DNA of 64,000 nt from Chthonomonadales bacterium (GTDB lineage: Bacteria > Armatimonadota > Chthonomonadetes > Chthonomonadales > CAJBBX01). Below are positions 60,687 through 64,000 of this stretch, one piece after another. The stretch covers positions 96,001 through 160,000 of the forward strand of contig JBMFSQ010000003.1 in assembly GCA_049967475.1 (NCBI GenBank), in the 5' to 3' direction. The stretch's first letter is position 1; every line of letters starts with the position of its first letter. A model generated the notes under the pieces. The model did not search any database and had not been told where the DNA came from. It worked only from the letters and a program-made list of their open reading frames with translations. The position numbers and the translations under genes were made by a program.

Positions 60687-62090
60687 ATGTTCGTCATGCA
60701 TTCCGGAAAGATACGAGTAGTCTTCGCTACAATGCTCGCCTTGGGTACCGGTGGAAGCGCCTTTTGTCAGATTGCGCGCATCACCGCCTCCCCGACCACC
60801 CAACCTGGATCCAATCCTGCTCCATTGACCCTCACACTGGACCAGGCTGTGCGCATCGCCATTGCCAACAGCAAGACGTTGCGGATTGCCCAGGAAGGCA
60901 TAGACAAAGCGCGCGGGCGCGTCAACGAGAGCAAGGCCCAATACCTTCCCAGCATTAACGCTACGACCAACATCTACCGGTTTGACCGGGAGACGTCCAT
61001 CACATTTCCCGACGCCAACGGCCAGCCGCAGACATTGGTTCTCAACGCGCAAGATCAGCGGAGTGTTGGCGTGTCCGCCGTTCTTCCCATTGACGTAAGC
61101 GGGCTCATCGGCGCGGCGGTGAGTGCTTCGCAGTTTCAGGAGATTGCAGCCCGCCTGGAATACAGCCGCACGCGAAACCAGCTCGTGTCCGACGTCAAGA
61201 GTGCGTATTACGATGTCCTGCGCGCTCAAGCCTTCGTTACCGTGGCCGAAACTGCGTATAAGAACGCTCAGGACCGCCTTTCCACTGCGGAAGCCTATCT
61301 GAGGGCAGGGACGGGAACCAAGTTCGACGTTCTGCGCGCCCAAACGGAAGTTGCCAACGCCCAACAGAACCTCATCGCGGCCAAAGACCGTGTGAACCTT
61401 GCGACGGCTGCTCTCAACAATGCTCTAGGTCTCGATCAGAACACGCCTTTACAGGTGAAGCCTGCCCACGAGGAAACGACCAGCGCGCCGGATTTCAACC
61501 AGGGGCTCGCGGAAGCCTATAAGCAGCGGCCCGAGGTTCTTCAGCAGGATGCCCTTATCAAAGCCGCCGAGAAGGGCATCAAGATAGCCGAGCGTTCCCT
61601 GCTTCCAGGGATTGGGCTTTCATGGAACTTCAGCTATCAACCGGATGCGGCCGGCTTTGCACCCATTACGACAAGCTGGACTGCCGTGGCCCAAATCACC
61701 CTGCCTCTGTTCGAAGGAGGATTGGCCCGCGCGCGCATCCAGCAGGCCCGTGCCGACGTTAACTCGGCGAAGGTGAACAAGCAGATTGTACTCGATAACA
61801 TCGCGCTGGATGTGCGCCAATCCTATCTGGCTCTTGTGGAGGCCCAGGAACGCTTGCGCGTGGCAAACGCGGCGCTGGCTGAGGCCGAAGAGCAATACAG
61901 GCTGGCTCAAGTGCGATATAAAGCCGGAGTTACCCAGCAGCCTGGGACGAGCCCTCTTCTCGAAGTGAGCGATGCCCAGACTGCTCTGACCCAGGCTCAG
62001 ACAAACCAGGTGAACGCACAGTACGACGTGGAGACTGCGAAGGCAAGGCTCGATCGGGCCTTGGGCAGATACGCTCAATCGCCCAAATAG
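60687..62090 (+). CDS. TolC family outer membrane efflux protein
   Basis: Signal peptide, LTLDQAVRIA, VKSAYYDVL, LPLFEGG, RYKAGV. Confidence 0.92.
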   Translation: MFVMHSGKIRVVFATMLALGTGGSAFCQIARITASPTTQPGSNPAPLTLTLDQAVRIAIANSKTLRIAQEGIDKARGRVNESKAQYLPSINATTNIYRFDRETSITFPDANGQPQTLVLNAQDQRSVGVSAVLPIDVSGLIGAAVSASQFQEIAARLEYSRTRNQLVSDVKSAYYDVLRAQAFVTVAETAYKNAQDRLSTAEAYLRAGTGTKFDVLRAQTEVANAQQNLIAAKDRVNLATAALNNALGLDQNTPLQVKPAHEETTSAPDFNQGLAEAYKQRPEVLQQDALIKAAEKGIKIAERSLLPGIGLSWNFSYQPDAAGFAPITTSWTAVAQITLPLFEGGLARARIQQARADVNSAKVNKQIVLDNIALDVRQSYLALVEAQERLRVANAALAEAEEQYRLAQVRYKAGVTQQPGTSPLLEVSDAQTALTQAQTNQVNAQYDVETAKARLDRALGRYAQSPK

Positions 62091-62276
62091 TTGCGAGCTC
62101 TGCGGCAACCGGGCTGCCGCAGGAACGACGCACGGGCGCACGCTTGGCTCGACGGCGCCCACTCGTACGGGAAGCATCGCTCTTAGCCGCTCGAGGCAGG
62201 AAGGATGGGCGGTTCGTCGCGGCGCGGAAGGCGGGGTATCCCTGGCCGCTTGGAAGTTCACTGAGGGAGGTTCGGT

Positions 62277-63842
62277 ATGGCGATAGAGGCGCGGAGCGTT
62301 TTGGCGGATGGAAAGAGCGGGTGCCCCGCGCGAAGGGGCGTATTGTGGGTTTTGTTGTGTCTCTGCGCACTACTCGGTTGCGGCAGGAGGGCGCCCGGAA
62401 CAGCCGCAGCCGCACCGGACGGGGCTGCATCCTCGGCAGCAGTCGCGGTGTCCGTTGCCAAGGCGAGGATCGGCACGATCTCCAAATCCGTGGATGTGGA
62501 CGGCAGCCTCGCGGCCCTTCACGATGTAGTCCTCGGGCCCAGGCAGGCGGGTAAGGTGGCCAAGGTCTTCTTCCACGCCGGAGACCGTGTCGCGGCCGGC
62601 CAAGTGGTGGCTCAGATGGACACCGTTGATCTTCTCTCCCAACTCCGTCAAGCCCAGGCCGGCCTCCAAGCGGCAATTACGCGGCAGCAGCAGGCAGTGG
62701 CGCAGCTCGAGCAAGCACGCAACCAACTGGAACAGGCCAGGACGAACCTTCATTGGACCGATGCTACTACAGCTACCGCACTGAAAGTGGCCCAGAGCCA
62801 GCTTGCCATCGCCCAGGAGCGGCTCTCTGAAACTCGGGAAGGTGCCCGACCGCAGGAACGGCGCCAGGCCGAAGACCAAGTAGCCGCAGCTCGTGCCAAC
62901 TTCATTAAGGCTCGGGCAGACCTGGAACGGGCCATAAACCTCTATCAGCAACAGGCAATCTCCAAGAGCCAATTGGACCAGGCCCAGGCAGCGGCCGACG
63001 CAGCTCAGGCGCAATACAGCAGTGCGCAACAATCCCTTTCACTTGTTCGTGAGGGGGCGCGCGCGCAGGACATCCGGCAGGCAGAACTGGCAGTTCAGCA
63101 GGCGCGGGACGGCTTGGCAAAGGCCAAAGCGGATCGAACCACGGTGCAACTGCGCCAGCAGGACGTTCTTACGGCCCAAGAAGGGGTCAAAGCAGCCGAA
63201 GCTGGTCTGGAGGCATCCCGGGCGGGTGTCGAACAGGCGCGGGCGACGTTGCACCTTGCGCAGGAAGCCCTCAAGAACGCGTTTATCAAGACGCCCATCG
63301 GCGGCATTGTGGCGGACCGCTTCGCTGAGCCGGGCCAGCAGTTAGGCGCAGGCGCGCCGATCGTGCGGGTAGTCGCGCCCCATTCGATCTACTTTCAGGC
63401 TCAGCTTTCCGAAAGCCAGTACCGCGATGTGCGCCTCGGCCAGGTAGCCACCATAACGGTGGATGCCTTTCCCAATGAGCGCTTTAGGGGCGTGGTGCGG
63501 CGCATCTGGCCTGTGGCCTCCCAGGCTCGCATCTTCACTGTGCGCGTAGAACTCGACGATCGCGCCAAGCTTCGGCCCCAGATGTTTGCTCACGGCTCCA
63601 TCCTCGTAGCTACTCACAGAGGAGCCACGCTGGTGCCTAAGGATGCCGTCGTGTTCGATGTGGAGCGCCATGAAGCGCATCTCTTTACCGTTCGGGGACA
63701 GCACGCCCATCAAGTGCAGGTTGACACGGGCTTCGTAACTCCCTCCGACGTGGAGATCCTCAGGCCCATTCGGCCCGGGGATGTGGTGGTAGTTGCCGGC
63801 CAGAACACGCTGCAGGACGGCGATCTCGTTACTATTCGGTGA
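62277..63842 (+). CDS. RND periplasmic adaptor (MFP), lipoprotein, long alpha-hairpin
   Basis: GGAGG SD, lipobox LLGC, AGDRVAAGQ, IKTPIGGIV..EPGQQL, LRPQMF, GDVVVVAGQ. Confidence 0.92.
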   Translation: MAIEARSVLADGKSGCPARRGVLWVLLCLCALLGCGRRAPGTAAAAPDGAASSAAVAVSVAKARIGTISKSVDVDGSLAALHDVVLGPRQAGKVAKVFFHAGDRVAAGQVVAQMDTVDLLSQLRQAQAGLQAAITRQQQAVAQLEQARNQLEQARTNLHWTDATTATALKVAQSQLAIAQERLSETREGARPQERRQAEDQVAAARANFIKARADLERAINLYQQQAISKSQLDQAQAAADAAQAQYSSAQQSLSLVREGARAQDIRQAELAVQQARDGLAKAKADRTTVQLRQQDVLTAQEGVKAAEAGLEASRAGVEQARATLHLAQEALKNAFIKTPIGGIVADRFAEPGQQLGAGAPIVRVVAPHSIYFQAQLSESQYRDVRLGQVATITVDAFPNERFRGVVRRIWPVASQARIFTVRVELDDRAKLRPQMFAHGSILVATHRGATLVPKDAVVFDVERHEAHLFTVRGQHAHQVQVDTGFVTPSDVEILRPIRPGDVVVVAGQNTLQDGDLVTIR

Positions 63843-64000
63843 TTTTGTGGGCGCATTCTTTATCATTCCAAACGCCGATTGCCGCCAGGAGAATATGCCT
63901 CTCCTTGGGGCGTGCAGGTTTGAGAATGCGCAGCGCAGGCGCCGGGTTGCGCTGCCGGGCGAGCAGGGCGGCAGTCGTTTTCTCTGCTTGGTGTACTGCG

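Overview
GC-rich bacterial chromosome segment, densely coding, with no rRNA, tRNA, CRISPR array or mobile element that I can support. The gene mix suggests Armatimonadota (inference only): outer-membrane TolC/OmpH genes, Firmicutes-style mcsAB-clpC, sepF and CIRCE, and a prepilin-type protein with an H-X9-DG-type C-terminus. Contents left to right: a minus-strand membrane operon (large membrane protein, two ABC-2 permeases, ABC ATPase, coiled-coil membrane protein, MoxR AAA+ ATPase, rhomboid-TPR protease missing from the ORF track); yebC; groESL with a perfect CIRCE; prepilin-amidohydrolase-CPBP; apbE / FGE-sulfatase / Tat oxidoreductase; ompH; priA; GH116; moaC-mobA; trxB-holB-nurA; PilZ and multi-GAF proteins; a TolC-MFP-RND pump; an Ntn acylase; clpC-mcsB-mcsA-ilvE-proC-sepF-yggS; secreted beta-propeller proteins; and TetR-TolC-MFP. 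Top finding: the coiled-coil gene upstream of moxR, split into two ORFs by the track, is one reading frame interrupted by a single in-frame TGA. The TGA reads as a U-x-x-C motif and is followed by a hairpin matching the bacterial SECIS pattern, making it a candidate new selenoprotein in an uncharacterised ABC/MoxR/rhomboid system. A second in-frame TGA-x-x-C occurs in mcsA, next to an McsB whose conserved Cys is replaced by Ser.
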